NCBI GenBank assembly: GCA_010093605.1
Contig: MU004193.1
Span: 1 to 64,000 of the forward strand
Reading direction: 5' to 3'
Length of the DNA stretch: 64,000 bases
Origin: Lophium mytilinum
Taxonomy: Eukaryota
Each line of letters opens with the position of its first letter. Within the stretch, counting starts at the first letter, position 1. A program made the position numbers and the translations under genes. The notes below the pieces were generated by a model. It was not told the origin of the DNA. It saw only the letters and a list, made by a program, of their open reading frames with translations, and ran no database searches. Below, one piece after another: positions 1-12,054 of this stretch.

Positions 1-19
1 TTATAAAATTATTCTACTA

Positions 20-1120
20 CTACTTAGTATAGGTAAGTATTACTAGTAGACTTAGTATTAGGTATATAGTATAAGTATATTTTATTATTTATATTACTAC
101 TAGTTACTTTTACTTCTATTTATATTAAGTATTACTACTAAGTAAATAGCTATATATTATAGCTAAACTCTACTATTTATTACTTTCTATAAATTAGTCT
201 TACTATTAGACTTAGTATTAGTTAGTACTTATAAGTATATCTTATTATTTCTATTACTACTAGTTACTCTTACTACTATTTTCTATTTTATTACTATCTA
301 GTATTATTATTAGGCTAGTAGCTATATATTATAAGATAAATCTACTAGTTATAACTTATTATAGCTTAGTACTACTAGTAAGCTTAGTAATAGTTAGTAT
401 TAGTAAGTATATCTTCTTATATCTATTACTACTAGTACTACTACTAGTTACTTTTTCTATTATTTAGTACTTTTTTTACTATTTAGGTATATTACTAAGC
501 TAGTATCTATATATTATAAGCTAATTATACTAGTTACTACTTATTATAGCTTAGTTTTACTAGTATATATAATATTAGCTAGTAATTATTATTATATCTT
601 AGTATTTCTATTACTACCGGTTAATTTTTCTACTACTAAGTACTTTTATTATTATTTAATACTATTACTATGCTAGTAGCTATATAAAATAAACTATTTC
701 TAGTAGTTATAACTTAATATAGCCTAGGTTTATTAGTATACTTAATAATAACTTCTTATTACTATTAAATCTTATTATTTCTATTACTACTGTTTACTTT
801 TCTATTACTACTATTTACTTTTCTATTACTACTAGTATTACTACTAGTTAATTTATTTCTTTTTCTAAGTATTACTACTAGTAGTTACTTATTATAGTAT
901 AGTTTTATTAGTAAGCTTAGTATTAGCTTATTATTACTATTAACTTTTCTACTATTTATATATATTACTAAGCTAGTAGCTATATAAAATAAGCTAATTT
1001 TACTAGTTTTAGCTTAGTATAGCTTAGTTTTATTAGTATATTTAATATTAGCTAGTAATTACTATTAAATTCTATTATTTCTATTACTACTAGTATTACT
1101 ACCATTAATAGTATTATTAC
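20..1120. repeat. Degenerate tandem repeat, unit about 170-185 bp, RIP-mutated
   Basis: Motif (G/T)CTATATA(T/A)(T/A)ATA recurs at about 149, 321, 505, 678 and 978. Motif TTATTTCTATTACTACTAG recurs with similar spacing. Confidence 0.75.
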
Positions 1121-1149
1121 TAGTGGCAGTAGTATTGTGAACTATTTCT

Positions 1150-3450
1150 CTAAGTATACTAACTACTAGTTTCTTAGTAATATATATATAGTTAAAGGTA
1201 GATACTACTATACTATAAGAGAAGGCTATAAAGAGTATAATTATAAGCTATTTCTAGATAATAGCCTACTAGCTATTTATTAGAAGTGTATGCCCTCTAT
1301 AGTAGTAGAAATATATTATTAAATTAATTCTAAAGTAGCTCTAAATACTATTCTTAACGGCCTTCTATTAAGTAGAAGGAAACTTAATATAAAAGACATC
1401 TATAATAAGAAATATAAGTATAAAAAGAAGCGGCTTAGTAGCCTTATATCTATATAGGCACTACTCTAATAGCTAGAAATATATAGAGAACTAAGTAGTA
1501 AGAAATATAAGTATAGCTTTCTTCTAGATAAGGTAAAATAGGTTACTTATCTCTTTTTTATTTACTTTAATAGCCTCTAAATATTTAAGAAGAATCTAGA
1601 TATTCTACTACTAGACTATATATATAAAATAAATTATTTTCTTATACTAATATTATATATTATTAGAGTAATATCCTCTAATAAGAACTTTAAAATAGGC
1701 TATATATTTCTAGCTAGTAAAATAGAAGGTAACTACCTTTTTATTATTATAGCTCTCTAGAAGCTCTATAAGTAGCTAGGTATTAGGCCTTATATATTTA
1801 TTACTAATAAAAAGAAAGCTCTTAAGAACGCGCTTATATAGTACTTTTCTAGAGTTAAATAGGTTCTATATAGATAGCATATTATAAAGAATATTAAATT
1901 AAAAGCTATAGAGATATAAAAGAAGAATAAATAGAGTTTACTTACTATACTAGAAATATATAAGAGAGAAGAAAGCCCTATACTAAAGTAGCTTAAGGTA
2001 GTAGAGGCGGATTATACTATATTTCTATATACCTAGAATAAGCTTCTACTTATTAAATTTATTAAGAACTTTATAGCTAGCTAGAAGAAACTAATTAATA
2101 AGTATATACTAATTAAACTAAGCCTAGCTAGCTACCTTATAGAGGAATAGGCACTATACTAGACTTAATTTTCTAACTATTAGATTAGAAAGTACCTTTA
2201 CTATAGTAATATAGTTACCTTACGCTTAGAGGGGTTATATAGCTACCTTAAAAAGAGCCTTTAGAATACTAGAGGTAATCTATATAATATAGTAAGCGCA
2301 ATTAATAACCTTATTTAATAGTAATATAATAAGCTAGAAAATAAGCGCGTATAGAGCTTATAGAGTATACTAATTAACCTTAAGCTACCTAAATTTAAAT
2401 ACTTTCTAGATAAGGTAATACTTTAGGGGCTATAGCTACTATAGAAGTAGCTTTAATTAGCTAAGAAAAATAACTTTACCTTAGTATACTCTAGCAACTT
2501 TAAGAGTACCTATAGCATGCTATATTATTATAAACTATACTAAGAATTATACTATATAGTAACTAATATCTATAAAATTATACTAGAATTAGTTAATAGA
2601 CACTAGCTATTTATATAGCCTAGCGCTAAGCCTTAGCTAGCCTCTAAGCTAGCCCCTATTAACTCTCTATTACTTATTTAATAGCCTCTAGTTATATAAT
2701 AATATAAGGGTAGGCTAGCTAAAAAGGCTAATAGCTCCTCTATTTAATAAGAGCCCTCTAGCTTTAAGATTATAGAGTAAAATAATCTAGTAAATAGAGC
2801 CCGTGCAGCTCTTAATAGAAGTAGATGCGGCGGCTAACTAGCGGGTATATAGTAAGAGCCTATAATAATACCTATATAGCTAAATATAGAGGGCCTAGGT
2901 TAATAGATAACTACTAAAAGTACTATAGTATTAATAGCTATATTAATAGCTACTTAGTAGCCTAGAAAGCGCAGTAGGCTACTAAAAAACTTAATACTAG
3001 GCCCTTTTATAAAGAAGTAATATATAAATATAAAGATAGATCTTAAGTAGAAAATTACTCTACTAGAAGTATAGGTAAGAGGTTTATAGCCTATTATAGG
3101 AAGTATAATATAGTTAATAGCCCCGCTGCAGCCTTATAAGGTAGTTAATAAGGAATTTAATAAGTATATAGAGAACCTTATTAATAAGAACTTTATATAG
3201 GTACTTATAAGCTAGTAGTAATAGAGAGAGGGCTACTATTAGATATAAAATTAATAGGTTAGGTATACTTCTAGGTAAGTAGGTATATAGATATATAGCT
3301 ATATATAAAATAGTAAAACTATATAGCCTATATATTAAATAGAAAGGCTTTATATAAATTTAGTAAATAACTAGAGCTTTTTCTAAGCTCTCTAAGCTAA
3401 TTAAAACGCGGTAAAAGGTCTACTAGAGGGGGGGTAGTATATATAGTAAT
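1150..3450 (+). mobile_element. Mutator-like (MULE) DNA transposon, RIP-inactivated transposase remnant
   Basis: After undoing C>T/G>A changes, about 1600-1740 reads DILLLD(C)(T)YK(T)N(R)F..(P)..(H)II(G)V...F.IGY.FL.S(E)(T)EG(D)Y. About 1800-1895 reads FIT(D)K(E)KALKNAL...(W)HI.KN. About 2195-2255 reads (H)Y(G)N..T(S)RLEG.(H).YLK. About 2490-2530 gives a SWIM-like C..F...YG.PC.H. Many in-frame stops. Boundaries are approximate. Confidence 0.8.
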
Positions 3451-3762
3451 ATAATATTATATAGGTAGTAAAAAGGGGTTATATATATAGTACTAGCCTA
3501 TATATAATATAATTATCTTAATATATATATTAACTATAATAATTCTACTCTATATCTATATAGATATTATATTTATAAATAGTAAAGGTAGCTACTAGAT
3601 TTTAAGGTTTATATATTTTAGTATACTATAGACTAATAGGTGCGCATATAAGGTATCTAGACTACTAACTCTATTAAGTAATATACTTAATAGTAGCTTT
3701 AGTCTATATATAACTACCTTATACTCTACTATTTTATAATAATATAAAATGCGCTAAATATA

Positions 3763-4352
3763 AAGTATCTTCTTATTATTTATACGCGCGCATCTTTTTA
3801 GTAGTTATAGCTATTAGTAGTATAAAACTCTAATAGTTCTATATATAATATAACTCTATTAATATTTTTTTACTAATATCTTATCTTATTAATTATAACT
3901 ATTATCTATTATTCTTTTTATATATAGATAGTGCATTTAATATACTAGTATAGATTATACCTTTAGTATTATTTACATCTATCTCTTCTATTAAGGGATA
4001 CATATTCTAATTCTATAAAGATAGTAATTAGAACGCAGGCCCTATATACTAGTACGCCTAGTATCTTCTTATTATTTATGCGCATAAGTCTCTCTAGTAG
4101 TTATAGTTATTAGTAGTATAAAACTCTAATAGTTCTATATATAATATAACTCTATTAATATTTTTTTACTAATATCTTATCTTATTAATTATAACTATTA
4201 TCTATTATTCTTTTTATATATAGATAGTGTATTTAATATACTAGTATAGATTATACCTTTAGTATTATTTACATCTATCTCTTCTATTAAGGGATACGCA
4301 TTCTAATTCTATAAAGATAGTAATTAGAACGCAGGCCCTATACGCTAGTGCA
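3763..4352. repeat. Near-identical direct tandem duplication (2 x about 295 bp)
   Basis: About 3763-4055 and about 4060-4352 both run AGTATCTTCTTATTATTTAT...GTAATTAGAACGCAGGCCCTATA. Confidence 0.9.
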
Positions 4353-4599
4353 TCTACTAATAAAATAATTAAAATAGGCCTGCGTTTTAATTAATCTTAT
4401 ATATTAGCTTTTTTTCTTTATTAGTTTAATTTTATACTAGCCTATACTAATATATAAATAATTTACTATTATATCTTTTAACTAGTAATAATTAGAGTAT
4501 TTTAGTAAGAATTATAGTAGATCTAGACTAAAAGTAATATAAACTAATACTCTCTAGATAATAAAGCTTTAATATATACTTTAACTCTTTAAAATAAAG

Positions 4600-6276
4600 T
4601 AACTCTACTAAGAGGTATAGCTAATAAGTATTTTTATATCTCTAAAGCCTCTTTTATAGAGTAGCCTACGCCCTTAAAAAATAATAACTTAGTAAGAATA
4701 TCTAATAAAGTTAAGAATTCTACTAATATTATAATAGACCTAATCTAATCCCCTCTTATAGAGAAGTATATACCCTTAAAAAATAATAACTTAGTAAGAA
4801 TATTTAATAAGATTAAGAAGTCTACTAAAGTTACTACTAAAGGTAAATAGCTAGATATACTAGAAGTCTACTCTACTAATAAGAAAAAGCCTATTAAGAG
4901 GGTAAAAGAGTCTAAAGATAAGAGTAAAGTAATTATAAAGCTATTACCTAAAGTCTATATTTCTATTACTAGTAGCCTTTCTAGTAGCCCCTCTAGTAAC
5001 TCTAGTAACTCTAATAATAATAGTAATAATACTAGCTAGAGTAAGAATAATAGTAAGTATCTATAGCCTATAGTCTATATAAGATATTATAAGCTTATAG
5101 ATAAAGATAAGACTAAAAATAAAAATAAAAATAAACTTAAACTAGTTATTAACCCTATTAAATAAATTAAGAATAGGGAGAATAATTAGAAGTAAGATAG
5201 TAAGATTACTAAAATTATAGATTAAGTAAATAAAAGCTAATATTTTATATAGGCTAAGCTATACTAATATTCTATAAACTCTCTTTAGAATTACCTATAG
5301 AGTATTTCTAACTATCTAATAGCCTAAACTTTAAGAAGTTCTTACTACTATCTAGAGAAACTAACTATACTTCTAATAAAGATATTAAGTCTAAAGGTAA
5401 ATTAGAAGCGGCGTTATATAATAAGATAGAGAAAGAGAAAAGTAGAAAATAAGTTACTAATACTAGCTCTAGATACTATAAATATAAATAAAGACCTAGT
5501 AGTACTAGGGAGTAAACTATCTATAGTACTTATAGCGCAGGCTAATATACTAGCCCAACTCTAACGCTACTGCGTCGTAATAGATAATGCATCCCAGTTC
5601 CTAACAGAGGACGTCGAGAAAGGGTACGAGGCGGGTGGCACCCGCAAGATCCCAACCACCAAAGCTCGACAATGGCGAGCTGCTCAATCTGCCCGAGGAA
5701 TTGCACGCCAGGGCCACCTTGTATAGGGTTGCGATCCTTCACTACAGTCAAGTGCCGAGCGAAAGCTCAAACGCGATTACCATCGCCATCCTCGGTGTTC
5801 TCCACACTGTCCTCACGACACCCGCAGAGTATGACCCGAAATTGTTCGACCTAACTCTCAAACTATTACAGTCGTGGGAAAAGGAGGGTAGGCTACGGTC
5901 GCTAGGACAATCGACCAGACGTCACGTCGACATGCTTCCGAACAGGCGAATAAAGAAAGAGGTGATCCCCGAAAACCAGACATGGGACATAGATCATGCA
6001 GAGGATCACCCAGCAAAGAAAAGAAAGGCCACGGCAAAGTCCAAGTCCAAAAAGTCGGTACCAAAGGCATCCGCGACGAGCAAGGGGAAATCGCAGAAGG
6101 AGCGAGCGACGGGGACCTCGAAGAAGAAACGTCAATCAGGGGCCTCCAAGAACGACCAGGCAGCGGAGAGCTCACCAGAGATTCAGACAACGGAGAACAC
6201 CCAGAAGGAGGCATTGGGCAGCGAGGACGTGATGGGCAGCGAGGACGTGATGGGCAACGATGGAGAAGGATCGTAG
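4600..6276 (+). pseudogene. Lys/Ser/Glu-rich hypothetical gene whose 5' part lies in the RIP block; the intact 3' part is ORF 5635-6276
   Basis: ORF 5635-6276 has no ATG start and begins right at the RIP boundary. The upstream RIPed sequence still reads as K/E/D/S-rich codons. The 5' limit is a guess. Confidence 0.45.
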
Positions 6277-6705
6277 GCTGAAAAGATTGGCGAAGAGCAT
6301 TTCGGCGTCGGTGCCGTTGATGGCGCTGCGAGCCCAGGCCATCACTTTGATGGAAATGAATGCGTGAGAAATGGAGGAGTCGACTTTCTCGTCTATGTCT
6401 CCGAATTGGGTGGTTATAGGCTGGGAGTATCCCGAGCCTCGTGACGCTTGAACGTTGCCCTCAATCTTGTCTTCGATGGTGCGGGCGTAGAGGCGGATGC
6501 AGACTACGATGCTCTCAAAGACATGGAGAACATGGCATACCACTTGCCAAATGGAGACTTCGCGCGAGTGGTCTGTGCAATGGATAGAGAACTGCGTTTC
6601 ACAATAGCCATGACACTTAGTCGCTGGCAAAAACATACTTTTCGAAACAGTCCTCGCTGCCTGTCAGAACAGTAACCTACGTTCTTCCCCCACCCACTCC
6701 CACAT

Positions 6706-7425
6706 CTAAAACACATCCCCGCCCACAATCATCACATCCTGCACCGGCCGATCCTGCGCGTTCGTCCTGACAGCGCCCAGCTTATCCACCGTGTCCATCC
6801 CATCCACCACATGGCCAAAGACGGTGTGCTTGCCGTCCAGATGCGGCGTGGGGCCCAGTGTGATGAAGAACTGCGAGCCGTTCGTGCCCGGCCCGGAGTT
6901 GGCCATGGACATGGTGCCTTTGTCCGTGTGCTTGAGCGACGACACAAACTCGTCGGCGAACTTGCCGCCGTAGATGGACTCGCCGCCGCGGCCCGTGCCG
7001 GTGGGGTCCCCGCCTTGGATCATGAAGCCGGGAATGATGCGGTGGAAGATGACGCCGTTGTAGTAGCCGGAGCTGGCTAGCTGGGCGAAGTTGCGGCAGG
7101 TCTGGGAGAGTAACGTGTGGTGTTAGTGGGGTTGTAAATGGGATGAGTAAGATGTGCTTGGTGGATCGCGGACGCGTGGGGTTTAGAATAGGTCTGTGTG
7201 GAAGCGCACCTTGGGCGTCTGGTCCTTGTACAAGGCAATGGTGATATCACCCAGATTGGTGTGTAAGATCACGCCCTCGGCATCTGCGCTTGTGCCCGCG
7301 CCTGCGCCTGTGCCTGCTCCTGAGGTTGGCGCCGCAGAGCTCGAGGTCTGTGTCGCTGGCGACGAGTTTGACGGCGTTGAGGCCGATTTATCTTTCTTGT
7401 GGAGGAGGGACTTCAATTTATTCAT
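6706..7425 (-). CDS. Cyclophilin-type peptidyl-prolyl cis-trans isomerase (PPIL1/Cyp1-like), 1 intron
   Basis: Exon 1 MNKLKS...[19 protein letters not shown], intron about 7210-7103, exon 2 [65 protein letters not shown]. Confidence 0.95.
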
Positions 7426-8153
7426 TTTGGTGCGCACTCACAAAACGGTGAACGAGTGGGGGATTGAGTTTGGGAGTTCGGTATTTACGTGAGGGTTGCT
7501 GTGGAGAACGAGAATGCGCTGGACTGAGGTGACCTTTTTGTGATGGCTGAGACGTTTATGCATGGAACGTCATGCAGCGCTTGGCACGCTAGCGGATGGC
7601 CCTTGGAGTCCAGATGCAGCCCTTCGTCAATGACGACGCTTGCTTTGGTGTCGGATATCCTGATACAAGGGCCGATTTGAAGTGCTACAGTAGCTGAGAG
7701 GTAGCAAATGCGCCACATACGTGGAACTTAGTCAAAGTTGTGTTTCGCGTCATATACGCATGCATTGGCTCTTAAAGCACTAATGAAAGCTGTTGAATAT
7801 ACTTCTGTCGTTGATCTTCCTAGACAGCACAAATATTATTGTTTCGTTATACCACCTATTTCAAGTCATAGAAACCAATCACTTGTTTATGAACAACTCG
7901 TAGCAGGTGTAATTACCGAAGCCCTTTCCACCCTTTCCTGAGGAATTCTAGGTACATAGCACCCACCAAAACACCCTCACTAGTATCTCCCAGTAACAGG
8001 GGGAATGACCAAACTAATCGTTAAGAGCATACATTGTTCCATTAATTGTTCAGGCGAAACATCTACCCTCCATGCCGCGAAAATTGGGTTCTGCGTCTAG
8101 ATTTCATAGCATGAGGAAGCTATTGATCCACATGAAAAGAAAAGCCACGTAGA

Positions 8154-11041
8154 TCAACACATTCCACTGGTCCATGGTACACTGTAAAGGGTGTAGCTCC
8201 GCGTGCCTCCTACGCAGAAAAGGCAGCCAAATAAAAACTCTCACTACATCATTTGCCCATACCACATCCAGTAAATATTGTTGGCTCGTGTTCGGCCGGC
8301 GTCTGAGGCTTGAGAAGTGCAGCCCCATCCTTAATCTCTATCTTCTTGGTATTTGCGCTTCCATTAGGAATGCTACTAGGAGTGCTAGAAACATGCGCGG
8401 CATCACCAAAAACACCACCTGTATGACTGGCGCCCCGTGGCTGGTAGTACGGAGGCGCATCGTCGTAGAGTTCCAGCTCTCGAAGCTTGCCGAATTCCTG
8501 GAGAGCACCGTTGACCTCGCATGCATACTTGGACGTACCGAAACCATCGAAGCGAATCATCCATGCTGTACGAAATTAGCAAAGTCACCGATAACGCAGA
8601 TGTGAGATTGATTGTCAGCGAGGAAAATTGCATAGCTTACTGTTCGGGAATGGCACCATCTCGTCCCATTCTGCGGTAAGATACGTCTCCGTCTCCGGCC
8701 GCAAGACCTTGCTCGTATAGATCTTCTCGGCAATCTGTGGTTCACCGAGCATTTCGACCTCTTTCGAGATTCTTTGGATGCGCATCGGGGCCATGTAGTT
8801 GGTGTAACCCTCGGCGGAAGCATCAAGTTTGACTTTCTTCACTCGGCCCTGCGCATCGTGCCCCCGGCGTGCATTCCTCATTTGCGCGAAGATCTTGATC
8901 ATGGCTGTAACGCCCACCTCGGCGATGCGCTTGGGCTGGTAGTCGGCGAATTGGTCCATGGCGGTAGACTTGTGGTCTAAGAAGTCTGATTCTTTGGGCT
9001 CAACCCCAGCTTTTGCGGCAGCTTTCTAGACTGCGTCGTTGGCTTTGAACTGTTGAGACGTATCATTAGTCCTTTCGTGGTAGTTGAGGGTTGTTTTGAC
9101 GGCTGGGGTAGAACTTACAATGTCCAAGATGACCTTGTGATCTTTCTCGACCTTCAAATTGTTGCCTTCGCTGATTTTGTATTTTTTGATCTTGAGCGCT
9201 ACTCGAACCAAAGGAAGCTTAATGCTTCTACGTTCAACGTCCTCCACCAGTCCTCGGAGCTCTTGCTCGCTCTTCTCGTCGTCCTTGAATGCGAGCTCCT
9301 GCGCCTTCACCCATTTCGGCCTGCCGCTCAGTTGCTTGTGCGGGTTCTTTTGTGGATTCGCGAAGTCGTACATCTCTTCGAGAAATTTTTTGAGGGCAGA
9401 AGTGAACTATTTTGCGTTAGTATGTTAAGTCTTGGTAGGTTGTGATTCTTTGAAGCACTTACAGCGAGCACCGAATTGTAAGCAGCGTGAAGTCCCACGA
9501 AAAGCATTTTAGAAGCAGCAGCTGGAAGGCTCGGTTCATGCTTCAGCACTCGTTCTGCAACCTCGTAGCCGAGCTTAGTCATGGGATTGTCCTTCGGTGT
9601 GCCAAACCAGTATCTTGTTGCGCTCCATCGGTTCGCTTACCCAATGTTGCCACCAAGCACCAGATTGTACAGAGTCTCAATGGAAGTCTTGAATGCCTTG
9701 CGCCGTTTCAAGAGTTTGGTTTCATCGGCATTGTATGACAAGAAGACCTGACAATTTGAGATATGCTGATAGATCTCATTTTCGGAATGAGGCGCTTTCG
9801 GATACTTCGCACTTCGAATGAGATGGCCAAAACCAAGGAAGTCCGCAACATACTTAGTCACTACTGGAATGGCAAAACTGCAAAAGTGTCAGTCACAGGA
9901 GTGGAGCATGGGAGTGGAGCATGGGAGTGGAGCATGGGAGTGGAGCATGGGAGTGGAGCATGGGAGTGTCGACTTACTCTCTGGTGGCATCGATTTGCAA
10001 AGTCGAGCTGTTCATAGAGATGGATTCTTGTTTGATGATGTATCGCATCAGATCGGAAAAGTAACCCGTGATAGCCTCAGTGTCTTCCTTGAGCGCAGGT
10101 AGAATAGGCTTTGGCTCGGAATTGTGGGATGAGAACATTCCTTTAAAATCAAAGCATGTTGGGAAATTGGCAGAGTCCTTCAGTGCTGGGTGCACGAAAT
10201 TCGATGCATCCTTCAGTATAGCGGAGATCTTTTTGACCTCTGCCAGGTAAATTGGCTTCCATGGTTTCTGTGTTACCGAATCGCTAACGTCGAAGACAGG
10301 CGTGCCATATTGATCGGACGTCGTAGGCTTCTGCGACATCCTGAACTCCGGAGCATATCCTTGCTGCGCAGCAAATCTTGCATTCGTTTGTCTGGTGTAA
10401 AAGGGGTGGAAGAACTGGACGGAGTTGTATGGATACCATTCGGGAAATGCTCGCTGGATCAGTCGATGGAAAATAGAGCTCTTGCAGGTGTCGTTGTCAG
10501 GAGTGACCTCTTTCATACCCCAGGACGTCAAAGAGTTCGTGTTCCAGTCGGTTGTGTAGAAACGATCCGATCGTACAAGAGTGATAGCATCGGAGAAAAT
10601 TGCAGACCAGAGCGCAGAATCAACATCGCTAGGGCCGGGATCCACACCCATATTCGCGTCTGATTTGGAAAAGACACCTGGATAGAGTTCGATCTTATCT
10701 GCATGCTCATACAGGTCTCGCAACGCGTCTTGGATCTCCGCATTCTTGCTGACACTACCGAATGTTTGATGTCTTGGCGTGCCAAAGAAATCTCGGAAGT
10801 CATTGAGTGTGCCAATCTCCCACTTCCGGGCTTGTACAATGCCCAGGATCTCGACAGGCTTTAGGCACTTTGGTACGTTTCGAGGACCGAAGTTCGATAT
10901 TGGATCGTCCATTGCTTTCGTGAGGGCGTTAATCATATCTTGATCATCGAAAAGACCTGTGATGGGGTTGCGAGCGAAATCAAGCCCAGGTTCGCCATCA
11001 ATACCGAAACTGATTTCCCATGGCTGGTAATAGTAGCTCAT
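8154..11041 (-). pseudogene. Linoleate diol synthase / Ppo-like heme peroxidase-P450 fusion, apparently 5'-truncated (multi-exon)
   Basis: Peroxidase C-terminal motifs NFGPRNVP..VEILGI.QARKW..GTLNDFR.FFG..LYPG..FSDAITLVRSDRFYT.DW, followed by a degenerate P450-like region (FAQMRNARR...YLTAEW..MVPFP). No N-terminal peroxidase half (e.g. EFNLLYRFH) is visible upstream. Confidence 0.75.
9899..9967. repeat. 14-bp minisatellite (GTGGAGCATGGGAG-type) x about 5 inside an intron
   Basis: Directly visible between the splice donor at about 9976 and the acceptor at about 9865 of the LDS-like gene. Confidence 0.95.
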
Positions 11042-11465
11042 ACTTCGGCTTTGACCTTGACATCATGGATATCGGCGGTCGAAGTCCGGCATTCTTAAGC
11101 AGGGTAGCTCCTTCGGTAGTTAAATACTTCATCAAATCACTTGCGTGAATGACGAGGAGGTTCGCCGCAACTATTCCCGCGGGCTCGGCAACATCTGTAA
11201 CATCTGCCATCGACTCATACTTGAGCAACAAGTCTCCGAGCGGATCCTGCTTGATCCCGGATGCTGCGGCCATGCTGTCCATATGGCTGGTCGCAGTGAA
11301 GTCTTCGAGACTTTCCATGTCATCGGTGTCATCGCCAGACGCTTCTCGGTCGTAGATACATGACGTCGTCAGAGGCCGCCTGGCAAGAGTACAGGTGGCT
11401 CAAACCGAGTCAACCACGGGTTGGGCCAATTCCGAAGATAATTCGAAGCACTTCACACCGCGAGG

Positions 11466-11770
11466 TCTAGGTGTGCGCGAAGTTATGTCGTATCTTTGAT
11501 TACTGGCTATTGACTAGCTAGGCTGCCCCTCTCAGTAGTGTCCAGTGAGCAAGATTGGAGCGGAATAATATTAATCTCGAGAATCCAGACTGACGATATG
11601 GTACTACACATGTCTAGGCACAATGTCAAGTTCCATGCAGTTCATAACAGAATGCCGTTTAACTTACTGTCTACCTACTAGCTGGGCCATTCCTTACATT
11701 AGTGTCCAGTGAGCAGAACTGGAGCTGAGCAGTGATAGTATGAGTGTACCAGATATATGACCTTGTTGCA
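11466..11770 (+). repeat. Dispersed repeat family A, copies 1 and 2 (tandem, about 150 bp, diverged)
   Basis: CTAGG...AAGTT...ACTAGCT(A/G)GGC...AGTGTCCAGTGAGCA..CCAGA at 11466-11610 and 11613-11770. A third copy is at 35571-35730. Confidence 0.8.
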
Positions 11771-12054
11771 CACTACATTTACATCTTGCGTTTATATCGT
11801 GCTCTACACGTTCGGACTTTGACTGAACGGGTATCTACTCATCAGGCTACTCCGTACGTGGTATCAAGCATGCAAAGGTCATGCAAGTTAAACTATAGAA
11901 GAGTTAGCAATGGCCGTCTCGTTTCCGCCACAGTAACAAGCTACTTACCATTGCCACGGGATCGGAATTGCTTCATCGTTTCGACTGAGAGCACTCAAAA
12001 GTCCATCGAATTCGGCTCCTCGATGTCGGAAGCAGCGAAAGTGGGCGACAGCCT

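Larger units (their letters stand above)
1..5570. other. RIP-mutated AT-rich block (repeat/transposon graveyard)
   Basis: Extremely AT-rich, with abundant TpA (TAG/TAA/CTA) and near absence of CpA/TpG. Composition returns abruptly to normal at about 5570. This is the signature of fungal repeat-induced point mutation. Confidence 0.95.

Noticed and set aside
6217..6262. 18-bp coding repeat (GSEDVM x2)
   Set aside because: A trivial local duplication in a low-complexity tail.
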